64,000 nucleotides of DNA from a virus, in IMG/VR virus record IMGVR_UViG_3300009506_000013, positions 17,033-81,032 of that record; one strand, given 5' to 3'. The notes beneath the pieces are model-generated. The model ran no database searches. It worked only from the letters and a program-made list of their open reading frames with translations, and was not told where the DNA came from. The position numbers and the translations under genes are program-made. Shown in pieces: positions 1 through 8,409 of the stretch (the first letter of the stretch is position 1; each line of letters opens with the position of its first letter).

Positions 1-667
1 CGCAATAGACTTCGATCCAGCCTCTGGTCCACGGATGGACCTTGTAGACTTCTGCCCGCATTCGGCGGAACACCTGCTGATATTCGCCTTGTGCGCGAGT
101 ACACAGCCTCACCTGAGCCATATCGCTCAACACCCGCAAGCTGATCTTGGCCACAATACTGGTAGTGATCCCGTTTGATAGAGCAGAGCGGGCATCCTGA
201 TAATTCTCTCCGAATGATAACAGATCCAGATATGTGCGTTCATTCACAGCATAAACATCCTCGTAAAAACCAGGTCGCTTCGCTCCTGCCGGGATGCTGT
301 AGCCGTTGCCTGATGCGTCGATGGTCCTTTGGGCCTCTTGTGCGAAAGAAGCCACCGCTGCGTTTGCCTCCGGAGCGCCAAAGGCCGGATCATCCACCCC
401 GGCCATAGTCCGCGTCCGGACAAATTGGTGTGTGAATACCCGACTGACGTTGGAGAGAAGGAATACATAATCACAGAACTCCCAACTGCTCTTTATAGTA
501 TCCCGCATATAAGCCAGCTCTTCCAGTTTCTTTTCGTGGGGCCACGCGGCGATATCTGCCATAGTGCGCTCCCCCTTGAGCCTTGTCGCCTTGGTAAACA
601 ACAATAGGTCCAAAGCCCTTGGATTAAAGTCAATGATCTCTACTTTCGGCTGTACTATTCGTACCAT
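1..667 (-). CDS. thyX: ThyX-family (flavin-dependent thymidylate synthase-like) protein, divergent; 3' end runs off the window
   Basis: Manual translation from ATG at 667 (SD AAGGAG) gives SRVFTHQFVRTR...SFAQEAQR, QDARSAL and RLCTRAQGEY. These match the ThyX motifs SR..SHQLVRHR..SFSQESQR, EDARxxLP and RLCxRAQWEI. Absent from the ORF track because the stop is outside the window. Confidence 0.8.
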   Translation of the reverse strand, partial: MVRIVQPKVEIIDFNPRALDLLLFTKATRLKGERTMADIAAWPHEKKLEELAYMRDTIKSSWEFCDYVFLLSNVSRVFTHQFVRTRTMAGVDDPAFGAPEANAAVASFAQEAQRTIDASGNGYSIPAGAKRPGFYEDVYAVNERTYLDLLSFGENYQDARSALSNGITTSIVAKISLRVLSDMAQVRLCTRAQGEYQQVFRRMRAEVYKVHPWTRGWIEVYC

Positions 668-678
668 ACATCTTCTCC

Positions 679-1638
679 TTATAGGTTCCCCAACCGCATG
701 TCATAGTTGGACTGATTAATTAGTCTTCGAATCTGGAGTGCGTCATCGTACACATCGTCCAGCAGTATATTCCTCCAGACACTATACCTTCCCAATGAAT
801 ATATATTATATTCCGCCGATAAGTCATATATGATTTTTTTCCGGAAGTCTTCTGTTATCGGCCTTATCTTTCCGGCTTGTTCTGTAACTAACCAATTGCC
901 CCTTTGAATAAACCGGGACATCCCCAAAGCCTCCATTACATAAGCATAGTCGCTGGAATCCGGCTTCTCTATAAACTCCGCAATCACCTGGCTGCCTACG
1001 ATGGAAACTCTATACGGACAACGGCCTGAATCCGGAAAGTACATAGTCTGATGAACGTCGCAATTCTCCAAGGCTACACGGGCAACCCAGATTTTCTTGA
1101 TCCCGAACTTAGGAAGAGCAATAGAAGGCCAAACCATCCTCGCATTAACTGACATCGGAAGAGTAGATACAACTGGCTCATCTCCCCGCTCTACTTCTAT
1201 CAGCTCATCAGCACACTCAGTAGAGGAAGTCAATATTGTATCCCGGCTAATAGCTTTCACAGGGGAATCAAATTGTATCCGGCTCTTACACCGTTCCAAC
1301 AGAGTGGCGTGAAAATTCTCCGGCGCAATATACCGCTCACAGTCCCCCAGATCGCCAATAGAGCGGTCATAGTATCCGCCCGTCACCTTCCGCGAATACA
1401 TGTTCAAAAATTGTATAGTTGGTTGACGGTATTCCTTTTCTTTATAGAAGATGGATTTGCGGACACGGACCTTCTTAAATTCCATCCCACATATCCGCGC
1501 AATCTTATCGCTCCGGAAACGGAGCAAGGCCTTATGTAGCGGAATATCCTCCAGCGTTGCGGCCCGCTCAAAGACTATCGCATCCCCATTCAATATCGCC
1601 GCAATACACCCTGCCATTCCTGCACCTAGTATATACAT
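679..1638 (-). CDS. FAD/NAD(P)-binding oxidoreductase
   Basis: N-terminal Rossmann motif ILGAGMAG; C-terminal LGRYSVW motif typical of flavoprotein folds; SD GGAGG. Confidence 0.7.
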   Translation of the reverse strand: MYILGAGMAGCIAAILNGDAIVFERAATLEDIPLHKALLRFRSDKIARICGMEFKKVRVRKSIFYKEKEYRQPTIQFLNMYSRKVTGGYYDRSIGDLGDCERYIAPENFHATLLERCKSRIQFDSPVKAISRDTILTSSTECADELIEVERGDEPVVSTLPMSVNARMVWPSIALPKFGIKKIWVARVALENCDVHQTMYFPDSGRCPYRVSIVGSQVIAEFIEKPDSSDYAYVMEALGMSRFIQRGNWLVTEQAGKIRPITEDFRKKIIYDLSAEYNIYSLGRYSVWRNILLDDVYDDALQIRRLINQSNYDMRLGNL

Positions 1639-1648
1639 GCCGCCTCCA

Positions 1649-1689
1649 GACTAAACAAGGTGCCTAAACCGCAAGCACCTTGTTTAGTC
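1649..1689. terminator. 15-bp perfect inverted repeat (terminator or RNA-processing hairpin)
   Basis: GACTAAACAAGGTGC-(11 nt)-GCACCTTGTTTAGTC in the intergenic space. Confidence 0.5.
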
Positions 1690-1708
1690 ATTTGTGGTTT
1701 AGGATCTT

Positions 1709-2416
1709 TTATTTCGTGGCGCTGTACACGATCCCTTTGTCGGTCGATTCAGCAGTGATCACACCAGCGGCCTTCAACAGCTTGGCAGCAGCACCAATTC
1801 GGGCCGGATAATTCGAAGACTCCACGCCACTCTTTTCCAGCAGGGCGATAGCCTCATCTTGCTTAATCGACTTCCTCTTCACCAAAATGCTACAGGCAAT
1901 CTCCAAACTACTGCCTTTCCGGAAGCGGACACCTTCAGCAAACTCGACATAATCCCCTGCGGGAGCTTTGGCGGTTTCGGCCTTCTTGACTGCCGGCTGT
2001 TTGGCGGCTTTCCCGGCCTTCTTGGTTTTGGGTTCCGGTTGAGTGGCGGCGGTGGTTGTTGCGGCTTTCTTGCCCTTCTTGCCCTTGGATGCGGGCGGTG
2101 TTGCTTTGGCTTCTTTTTCTTTCTCAGCCATTACTTCCTCCTTTTTGGGTTTGTATTTGACCGGGTTTTTCGACCAGCCCTTACAGGCCTTATGGCTGCT
2201 ACACTCCTTACAGGCAGGATCATCAGCCAAGCTCTTCCCTGCGTCAGTTTGTTTCCCGAAACAGCTTTCTGGATCCTTCGCAAATGCCTTCGCGCATTGG
2301 ATACATACCAGCTGATCCGGCTCGTTTGTCTCCAACGCCAGATTGTTCTTTATAGAAGAAGGAATCTGGAGTTGGCGACCGCAATAGATACAAGCAACTT
2401 CCTTTTCTTTTGTCAT
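1709..2416 (-). CDS. Zn-finger plus Lys/Ala-rich (histone H1-like) putative DNA-binding protein; possible internal start at 2131
   Basis: CxxC pairs at the N-terminus, K/A/P-rich linker; strong SD GAGGAGG before the in-frame ATG at 2131. Confidence 0.55.
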   Translation of the reverse strand: MTKEKEVACIYCGRQLQIPSSIKNNLALETNEPDQLVCIQCAKAFAKDPESCFGKQTDAGKSLADDPACKECSSHKACKGWSKNPVKYKPKKEEVMAEKEKEAKATPPASKGKKGKKAATTTAATQPEPKTKKAGKAAKQPAVKKAETAKAPAGDYVEFAEGVRFRKGSSLEIACSILVKRKSIKQDEAIALLEKSGVESSNYPARIGAAAKLLKAAGVITAESTDKGIVYSATK

Positions 2417-2459
2417 GATTATATTACTTCCCCCTTGTCGAATATTTGACCAAAAAAAA

Positions 2460-2942
2460 TCAAAATTTTGACAGCTGTACTAGCGCCACCCGAAAATCCC
2501 GGTCACTCATTCCAGATAGCCTCTTCAATTCTGCTATAGAACACAGCTTCATCCGGCTACTGTGTTCCGTAAATGCGTTGAGCAGTCTCTTCGCATTCAG
2601 GTTGCCCCGGCTCGTAAACACATCCCTGATCCGGACGGGAAACAAATCAGGAGGTGGCTGGTTGGGGACTGAAGGAGTCTCATTGGCTTGACGCAGTTGG
2701 GCCCTCCTCCTTTCCCGGCTCCAGATCTTGGCAAAAGTCTTTTTCACCGCCTCGATGGCATAGGTGCTTTGTTTTGCGCTTCCGGTTGTGTTATACTTCC
2801 CTGCCGCCTTCACCAAAGTCAAACGAGCCTCTTGTAAATAATCCTCGAAATCCCGGCTACAGTCACGGTTCTGCTGGAAAGCCTTCCATGCCAGGCTTTC
2901 TATGTATCTTTCGAGCACGAACTGGGAACTTGGTTTTTTCAT
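2460..2942 (-). CDS. Sigma-70 region-2-like transcription factor
   Basis: FEDYLQEARLTLVKAAGKYN...STYA resembles sigma region 2; SD GGAGG before ATG 2942. Confidence 0.6.
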   Translation of the reverse strand: MKKPSSQFVLERYIESLAWKAFQQNRDCSRDFEDYLQEARLTLVKAAGKYNTTGSAKQSTYAIEAVKKTFAKIWSRERRRAQLRQANETPSVPNQPPPDLFPVRIRDVFTSRGNLNAKRLLNAFTEHSSRMKLCSIAELKRLSGMSDRDFRVALVQLSKF

Positions 2943-3207
2943 AATCCTCCTCCGATACCATAACATCTGTTCCTGAACATATATTAAGATCCTCTACAAC
3001 TTCCTTCTCTGTAAGTGGCTTCTCTACTCTGGCCCTGATATACGTAGAACCACAGCCTTGGTAGATGACCACTCCCGAAAGCATTTGCATATTGGGCGGA
3101 AACCAAAAATTGGTATTCGCCGGTAGTGTACCCACCTTAACATAATAAAGGCCATGGTACAAGCTCACTGGTGGATTCTTTACTGGGTAACCTTCTTTCT
3201 CCTTCAT
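2863..3207 (-). CDS. hypothetical protein
   Basis: ORF with SD GGAGGAG before ATG 3207; overlaps the sigma-like gene start. Confidence 0.45.
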   Translation of the reverse strand: MKEKEGYPVKNPPVSLYHGLYYVKVGTLPANTNFWFPPNMQMLSGVVIYQGCGSTYIRARVEKPLTEKEVVEDLNICSGTDVMVSEEDYEKTKFPVRARKIHRKPGMEGFPAEP

Positions 3208-3218
3208 GGACTCCTCCA

Positions 3219-4952
3219 TTAGAACGGGCAAGCATCATCACTCACTGCCTTATCCGCATCGACATAATCTCTTCCCCAATCGCTCTGGTCGATGGGTCCG
3301 CTGTTCGCTCCTTTCCCCAATATAACATCGATGATACTACTTTTCCCGGCCGCAATTTGGGCCAAGACAACGTCCATACTATTTTGTAACACGAGATGCG
3401 TCACGAGCACCTTATGAGTTTGGCCGATCCGGTGGGAGCGGTCTGCCGCTTGGTTCATCCGCTCTGGCACGACATCCTCTTCCACAAACAGCACATGCCA
3501 TGCGGACGTAAGGTTCAGCCCTACACCCGCCGCCTGTATACTCCCGAAGAAAGGAAGCATTGAAGGATCGCCGTTGTATTGGTCGATGATCGGTTGCCGC
3601 TTCTTTGCTGGTGTCGGCCCGTATACGAGCGCAGATGGCTGGAACTCCCGGTGTAGCCTCTCCAAGACATGGTGGTGGTGCGCGAATACTAACATCTTAT
3701 GTGGATCGTCGGTGAGTGTCTCTTTAAGATATTGGATGGCGTATGGGATCTTGAGGTCAGCCAGCTCCCGCCTCTGCCGGCTATACTCTTCAAAAGAGAT
3801 GGTAACCTGAGAGTCTAGCTCCCCCACGAGCTTGCGGAACTCCGCCGCATTTCCGGCCTCTCTAGCTGTTTTTAAGGCCTTCCTGATAGAATCTGTTGCC
3901 TTCCGGAAATGATCCACCTCTCTGGCCAGCTCGCGGGCCAATTTTGGGCTTTCTACAGGCACTTCAAGGATCTGATACCGCTTATCGGGCAGGTCCAGGT
4001 CCACCTCATCCTTTGTCCTTCGGATCATCACCGACTTCCGGAGCAATTCCTGAAACTGCTCTTCGTTGGATGACCCGCTAAAATCCCAGCCATATCCGTT
4101 GTGTGTCGCTCCGCAAAACGTCTGCGCAAACCACCAAAAGCTTGGCCAGGACTTCGGATCCAGCCAATGGAGCACCCCGAACATCTCCACCGGACGGTTC
4201 TCAATCGGCGAACCACTCAGCGCCGATTTATACCGCGCCTTCAAAGGGGCAAAGGCCTCTTCATTTTTCGGGTTGTCCTTCTTTGGCTCATATCCTAGCA
4301 CCATCTTGGTCCGCATGGCTTTAGGGTTTTTGATAAATTGAGCCTCATCAGACACAATAAGATCCCACGAGACAGAGTCCAGCCGAAACTTATGCCTGTC
4401 GAGGATATCATAATTGATGATAATGATTTGAGCTGCTGGCCAATCGCTCCCCCAACAGATCCCGACACTCAAAGGCCGGACAAGCCAAGTCTTCAGCTCA
4501 TTCTCCCAGTTGACCTTGAGACTGGACTTAGTTATGATCAGAACTCTCTCAATAGTAGGATCGGCGTTGATAAGACCGATAGCCTGGATGGTCTTCCCCA
4601 AGCCCATGTCATCGGCGATGTAGCTATTCTTATGTTCTAGCTGCCACTGGATGCCGGCCTTCTGGTATCCGAAATACTCTTCACCCTCTGGAGCTGGTAA
4701 AGCCCAGTTGGAATCTGTAGCGGATGATTTGGCCAGGTTGGCCTCTCTCTTCTTAATAACATTCGCCAGCATCTCCCGGCACCGTGGCGTGGCGTATTGG
4801 GCTAGTATTGCGGCGTGTTCCGGATTGGTAGTTGCCCAATGGTTGGGCACTATCCGCTTCCAGACAAACTGAGCGCCCTTAGGCACTAGGCGCTCAGCAT
4901 ACGCACAATAACAGACAAACGCCTGGTATCGGTCTGAATAATCTAATTTCAT
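3219..4952 (-). CDS. SNF2-family (SMARCAL1/HARP-like) helicase
   Basis: Motifs ADDMGLGKT, DEAQ, SGSP, GVGLNLT and QAADRSHRIGQ. Confidence 0.9.
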   Translation of the reverse strand: MKLDYSDRYQAFVCYCAYAERLVPKGAQFVWKRIVPNHWATTNPEHAAILAQYATPRCREMLANVIKKREANLAKSSATDSNWALPAPEGEEYFGYQKAGIQWQLEHKNSYIADDMGLGKTIQAIGLINADPTIERVLIITKSSLKVNWENELKTWLVRPLSVGICWGSDWPAAQIIIINYDILDRHKFRLDSVSWDLIVSDEAQFIKNPKAMRTKMVLGYEPKKDNPKNEEAFAPLKARYKSALSGSPIENRPVEMFGVLHWLDPKSWPSFWWFAQTFCGATHNGYGWDFSGSSNEEQFQELLRKSVMIRRTKDEVDLDLPDKRYQILEVPVESPKLARELAREVDHFRKATDSIRKALKTAREAGNAAEFRKLVGELDSQVTISFEEYSRQRRELADLKIPYAIQYLKETLTDDPHKMLVFAHHHHVLERLHREFQPSALVYGPTPAKKRQPIIDQYNGDPSMLPFFGSIQAAGVGLNLTSAWHVLFVEEDVVPERMNQAADRSHRIGQTHKVLVTHLVLQNSMDVVLAQIAAGKSSIIDVILGKGANSGPIDQSDWGRDYVDADKAVSDDACPF

Positions 4953-5482
4953 ATGGACATTCTCCTTATTAGATTATCCATTCGGCGTAGAACTTCTGTT
5001 TGCAGTTTTGGCGGAATGAAATGCTTCTTTACTTCTTGGAACATCTGGCTGCTAAGCCACACACCCTTCGAGTCCTTTTCCTTCAACAACTGATACTCTT
5101 GGAACTCTGCGGCGGTGATGGTTATGCTGTTTGCTACGCGGGCACCCTTCGGTGTTGCCGCCTTCTCCGCATCATCCTTATTAAAACGGATCGCCGGAGG
5201 TGGCTGAACCTCTTCCTTATCAGTCTTCAGGTTCTTAATAAGGAAGTCCACAATACCTTTGACGGATGGATTGGTGTACTTGTGCCGTTGAAGCCGGCAA
5301 GTCCAGGTTACCACCATATCATCCCTGTCGAAAGTAAAGTTCATGTTAATTTGGAGCGGCTCCATTTTCGCACTCCAGATCCGGTCCCAGTACTGGCCGA
5401 CAAAATAACCCCGCCGCCCCAGCTCCTTGCGGATCTCTTTTTGCAACCTTGCCTTCTTTTCCCCTTGCGACATAGGTCCCAT
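4949..5482 (-). CDS. hypothetical protein
   Basis: 177-aa ORF with SD AAAGGAG; ATGA overlap with the helicase gene. Confidence 0.65.
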   Translation of the reverse strand: MGPMSQGEKKARLQKEIRKELGRRGYFVGQYWDRIWSAKMEPLQINMNFTFDRDDMVVTWTCRLQRHKYTNPSVKGIVDFLIKNLKTDKEEVQPPPAIRFNKDDAEKAATPKGARVANSITITAAEFQEYQLLKEKDSKGVWLSSQMFQEVKKHFIPPKLQTEVLRRMDNLIRRMSI

Positions 5483-5494
5483 GTTTATCTCCTT

Positions 5495-5670
5495 TCGCTG
5501 TCCTGTTTGCTAACATCTTATCCCCTAAACTTTGGTGGGGTGAAGGATCGCTGTGCCTTCTTGGAGTTCACGCAACTCCCTGCCGCCCCACCACCGGCAG
5601 AATGCGCTTTCCTAGTCACTCAGGAGAGCACTTTGGCCCTTCGAGCTTTAGGCTCGTCAGGCCCACAATT
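5495..5670 (-). ncRNA. putative structured RNA (multi-hairpin pseudoknot) immediately 3' of the last ribozyme
   Basis: Hairpins CGAGC/GCUCG, CUGCCG/CGGCAG, GGAGUU/AACUCC and GAAGG/CCUUC; loop UGGUGGGG is complementary to downstream CCCCACCA. Confidence 0.45.
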
Positions 5671-5671
5671 G

Positions 5672-5746
5672 TCTGGACTTGCGACCAGTAGCCCAATCCT
5701 CTGGGCTAGCGCATTAAGGCCGGATCGCTCCGGCCCCGCTCTGCTA
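5672..5746 (-). ncRNA. twister ribozyme copy 1 (permuted, open at P5)
   Basis: GCAGAGCGG-P1(GCGA loop)-UAAUGCGC-P3-CUGGUCGCAAGUCCAG; T1 variant UCGC/GCGG. Confidence 0.85.
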
Positions 5747-6058
5747 TGCTACATCCTCTTCCCACTCCTCTTCCTCTTCCTTACTGGGGTTGATCCCGGC
5801 ATTACAGCTCCGGCACAACAGCTCCAGCTCCCCGTTCTCATAGTCCCTCTCATAGCGGACCATCCGTGACCACCGGGACAAATCCCGGCAGGACCAATCC
5901 CGCCCGTTGGGGTGGTGAAATTCTAACTTCCTTTTTTTACCACACTCTTCACAGCACCCGCCCATCTTTATGATTAAGGCTTTCCGCCTCAGTTTGTAGG
6001 CTTTGACGTGATTCAGAGTTTTTCTTCGGCTCCTTTTCTTCCGGACTTCCTCTGTCAT
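5744..6058 (-). CDS. HNH-type zinc-binding endonuclease-like protein
   Basis: CEECG...LEFHH...LLCRSCN pattern. Confidence 0.65.
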   Translation of the reverse strand: MTEEVRKKRSRRKTLNHVKAYKLRRKALIIKMGGCCEECGKKRKLEFHHPNGRDWSCRDLSRWSRMVRYERDYENGELELLCRSCNAGINPSKEEEEEWEEDVA

Positions 6059-6114
6059 CTCGTTTCTCCCTTCCAGTATTTTACCCCAGTTTTTAACTGG
6101 ATCATAGCTAAAAA

Positions 6115-6190
6115 TCTGGACTTGTGACCAGTGGCCGGGACAACCCCAGCCAGCGCATTAAGGCCGGATCGCTCCGGCCCCACTCTGCTA
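6115..6190 (-). ncRNA. twister ribozyme copy 2
   Basis: Full consensus; core identical to copies 12 and 15. Confidence 0.85.
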
Positions 6191-6247
6191 ATTTTCTATG
6201 CCCATAACCTTTTCAATCTGACTCCCCGCTTTCCCCTATCAAACCTC

Positions 6248-6679
6248 CTATCCATATATCCGGTCAGCCAAGCACTCCCTCCACAACATTTCTGGGATGT
6301 CTTCCTTCCGGAAGTATGCTTTGACCCTTGGATCAGTTAATAACAACCCTTCCGCCACATCTGGACAAGCATCCTGTAATCGGGAATCATCATACCCGTC
6401 TGCCTTAAGATCCGCCCGGCACTGGCTACAGATCTTATTCAGCTGGCGCTCTGTATATGGCTTTACCTTTGGGGCTGAGGTATTCACCTTGAACGGCCTT
6501 TCCTTCTCCTTTATCCGGATGTAGTCTGGATATAGGATACCGGCATCGCTTTGTATCCTTATTTTATAGGCCACAAAACCACCCCGCCTTCCAAGCTCAA
6601 CCTTCTCCACTACGGTCCCGATTATACAGGTGTTCTTATCTATTCTGAACCGGTCCCTCTTTCCTATCTTTGCTACCAT
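6248..6679 (-). CDS. hypothetical early protein
   Basis: ATG preceded by SD AAAGGAG directly after ribozyme copy 3. Confidence 0.7.
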   Translation of the reverse strand: MVAKIGKRDRFRIDKNTCIIGTVVEKVELGRRGGFVAYKIRIQSDAGILYPDYIRIKEKERPFKVNTSAPKVKPYTERQLNKICSQCRADLKADGYDDSRLQDACPDVAEGLLLTDPRVKAYFRKEDIPEMLWRECLADRIYG

Positions 6680-6692
6680 TTTGTTTCTCCTT

Positions 6693-6766
6693 TCTGGACT
6701 TGCGACCAGTAGCCCAACCGTTGGGCTAGCGCATTAAGGCCAGGTTGCCCTGGCCCCGCTCTGCTA
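6693..6766 (-). ncRNA. twister ribozyme copy 3
   Basis: P1 variant GGCCAGG-GCAA-CCUGGCC (compensatory changes, still a GNRA loop); T1 UCGC/GCGG. Confidence 0.85.
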
Positions 6767-6958
6767 TAAGAGTTTTGATAAAGGTGAACGCCGAACACGG
6801 ACCGCACGAGCGCGGTGTATGAACTGACTACCTTCATACTTCACAATCACCCGTCCGCATCGCCCACAATTCGCTACACGAGAGGCAGGCATACTACCAA
6901 CATCCACCCGGTTTTTCTGCCCACAGTAGGGGCACTGCCGGATCTTAATACATTCCAT
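6764..6958 (-). CDS. small zinc-ribbon protein
   Basis: CPYCGQKNRV...ANCGRC; SD GGAGG before ATG 6958. Confidence 0.6.
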   Translation of the reverse strand: MECIKIRQCPYCGQKNRVDVGSMPASRVANCGRCGRVIVKYEGSQFIHRARAVRVRRSPLSKLL

Positions 6959-6959
6959 G

Positions 6960-7400
6960 TTAGTATCCTCCACCAGAAGCACATTTTGGACCAATCCCGG
7001 CCTTTACAGACTCCGGAGTTGTTAACAACCTACCACATACGCAGCACCGCCCGCAGTGATAGAAGTTGATCTTGGTTGGTATAGAACCTTTAATCAAGTG
7101 ACCGTACCACCACCGGAAGGCAACAGCCGCTTTCGAGTCTTCGCTCATCTTCTTTTTAGAGTGGCGATATTCGCCGCCCTTAATAAGACCCATGAATGAA
7201 TAATCGGAAGTGTTGTCCGGACCTCGAAGCAAGCTGACCCAAAACAGATCCTCTTCCTCAGTCTTTATTGCCTTTGATATCCGATAGGTGAAACGATTCC
7301 CGGTGTCAGGATTCTCAATGGTAAAATAAGCATTCCCGCCAAAGATGAATTTTTTCTGCTCCTCTATTTCGAAGAGCTGGGCAATCGGTAGAGGCTCCAC
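6960..7400 (-). CDS. DUF6011-like protein
   Basis: C-terminal CGRCCVCGRLLTTPESVKAGIGPKC motif; GTG start with SD GGAGG. Confidence 0.7.
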   Translation of the reverse strand: MEPLPIAQLFEIEEQKKFIFGGNAYFTIENPDTGNRFTYRISKAIKTEEEDLFWVSLLRGPDNTSDYSFMGLIKGGEYRHSKKKMSEDSKAAVAFRWWYGHLIKGSIPTKINFYHCGRCCVCGRLLTTPESVKAGIGPKCASGGGY

Positions 7401-7615
7401 TAGTCACCTCCCAGTTCATCATCTGCGAACAGACCATCATCTGCGAACAGACCATCATCATCGTCATGGTCTTCAACATCGCCCACGCCAAACTGATCGC
7501 GAATTGCATCCTGTAACGGGTTTTTACAGCGCCCGCAAATAGCAGTCTGAACCTTCGCCTCATCCACTCTATTCTTCACCTGACACGCATCGCACTTAAC
7601 AGTCATATTATCCAT
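7400..7615 (-). CDS. small zinc-ribbon protein with acidic tail
   Basis: CDACQVKNRV...AICGRCK; 18-bp tandem duplication encoding GLFADD x2; SD AAAGGAG. Confidence 0.6.
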   Translation of the reverse strand: MDNMTVKCDACQVKNRVDEAKVQTAICGRCKNPLQDAIRDQFGVGDVEDHDDDDGLFADDGLFADDELGGD

Positions 7616-7630
7616 TTTTATCTCCTTTAT

Positions 7631-7704
7631 ACCAGACTTGTGACTGGTCTTGGGACAATCCCAAGGCGCATTAAGGCCGGATCGCTCCGGCCCCACTCTG
7701 CTTA
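7631..7704 (-). ncRNA. twister ribozyme copy 4
   Basis: P4 arms swapped relative to the consensus (CCAG-UCACAAGU-CUGG vs CUGG-UCACAAGU-CCAG), a double compensatory change. Confidence 0.85.
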
Positions 7705-8040
7705 TAGGTTGTTTAGTTCTGCTTCGGTAGCGGTGATGGCTTCCCGGTCAGGATTATCAGCCATCAACTGCCTTTCGAGCTTGGCCTTAAGGTTCTTCAG
7801 ATCCGTGGAATAACCACCCGCCTGTAACGAACTCATGAACAGCCGGACATTGGACAGAAAGAACTCACCCGTGCGGCCCCGGTCATCGACTGCCTGAACC
7901 TTTACCACTCCCTCTTCAATCCAAGCCGCCACGATCCTTGCGGGCCACGCTACCTTGTAGTCATTAAAAGCATGTTCGATCCGCCACGCCGGACAGATGA
8001 ACTGTTCTAAAAGGTTGTTTGATAATGATCCTCGTGCCAT
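7702..8040 (-). CDS. hypothetical early protein
   Basis: SD AAGGAG; stop codon abuts ribozyme copy 4. Confidence 0.7.
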   Translation of the reverse strand: MARGSLSNNLLEQFICPAWRIEHAFNDYKVAWPARIVAAWIEEGVVKVQAVDDRGRTGEFFLSNVRLFMSSLQAGGYSTDLKNLKAKLERQLMADNPDREAITATEAELNNL

Positions 8041-8058
8041 TTTGTTTCTCCTTATTAG

Positions 8059-8111
8059 TCTGAACTTGTGACCAACGAATGGGGCCAGGGAAGCCTGACC
8101 CCGCTCTGCTA
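8059..8111 (-). ncRNA. degenerate twister ribozyme copy 5 (probably inactive)
   Basis: Keeps GCAGAGCGG, a P1 hairpin and GGUCACAAGU, but lacks UAAUGCGC and P3; T1 is mismatched. Confidence 0.65.
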
Positions 8112-8318
8112 GCTGTCTTCCCTGCGTTCTGCTTCCCGCAGGTCATCGGCCATATTAACAATGTTCTCGCACAGTTCAATCAGCTTATCCCGATATTCCT
8201 TTTCAGACTTACTGATATCATGATCCGGCCCCTCTTCAATAGCTTCTTCAATAGCCGATTCACAATCAAGTAAATCACGATAGGTGTTCTCAAATCGACA
8301 ATAGCTCATATTGCTCAT
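8109..8318 (-). CDS. hypothetical early protein (MSNMSYCRFENT...)
   Basis: True start is ATG 8318 with SD AGGAG; the track start at 8402 lies inside the ribozyme. Confidence 0.7.
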   Translation of the reverse strand: MSNMSYCRFENTYRDLLDCESAIEEAIEEGPDHDISKSEKEYRDKLIELCENIVNMADDLREAERREDS

Positions 8319-8333
8319 TTTCTTATCTCCTAT

Positions 8334-8409
8334 TCTGGACTTGTGACCAGTAGCCTCCACCATAGAGGCTAGCGCATTAAGGCCGGATCGCTCCGGCCCC
8401 ACTCTGCTA
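8334..8409 (-). ncRNA. twister ribozyme copy 6
   Basis: Full consensus; identical to copy 13. Confidence 0.85.

Noticed and set aside
381-404. AAGGCCGGATC...CCGGCC inside thyX as another ribozyme copy
   Set aside because: It resembles only the P1 hairpin; UAAUGC, GAG and the L4 loop are absent.
5635-5665. CUGACGA...CGAA on the minus strand as a hammerhead ribozyme core
   Set aside because: It is followed by GAAG rather than GAAA, stem II would be mismatched, and I could not find stems I/III with an NUH site.
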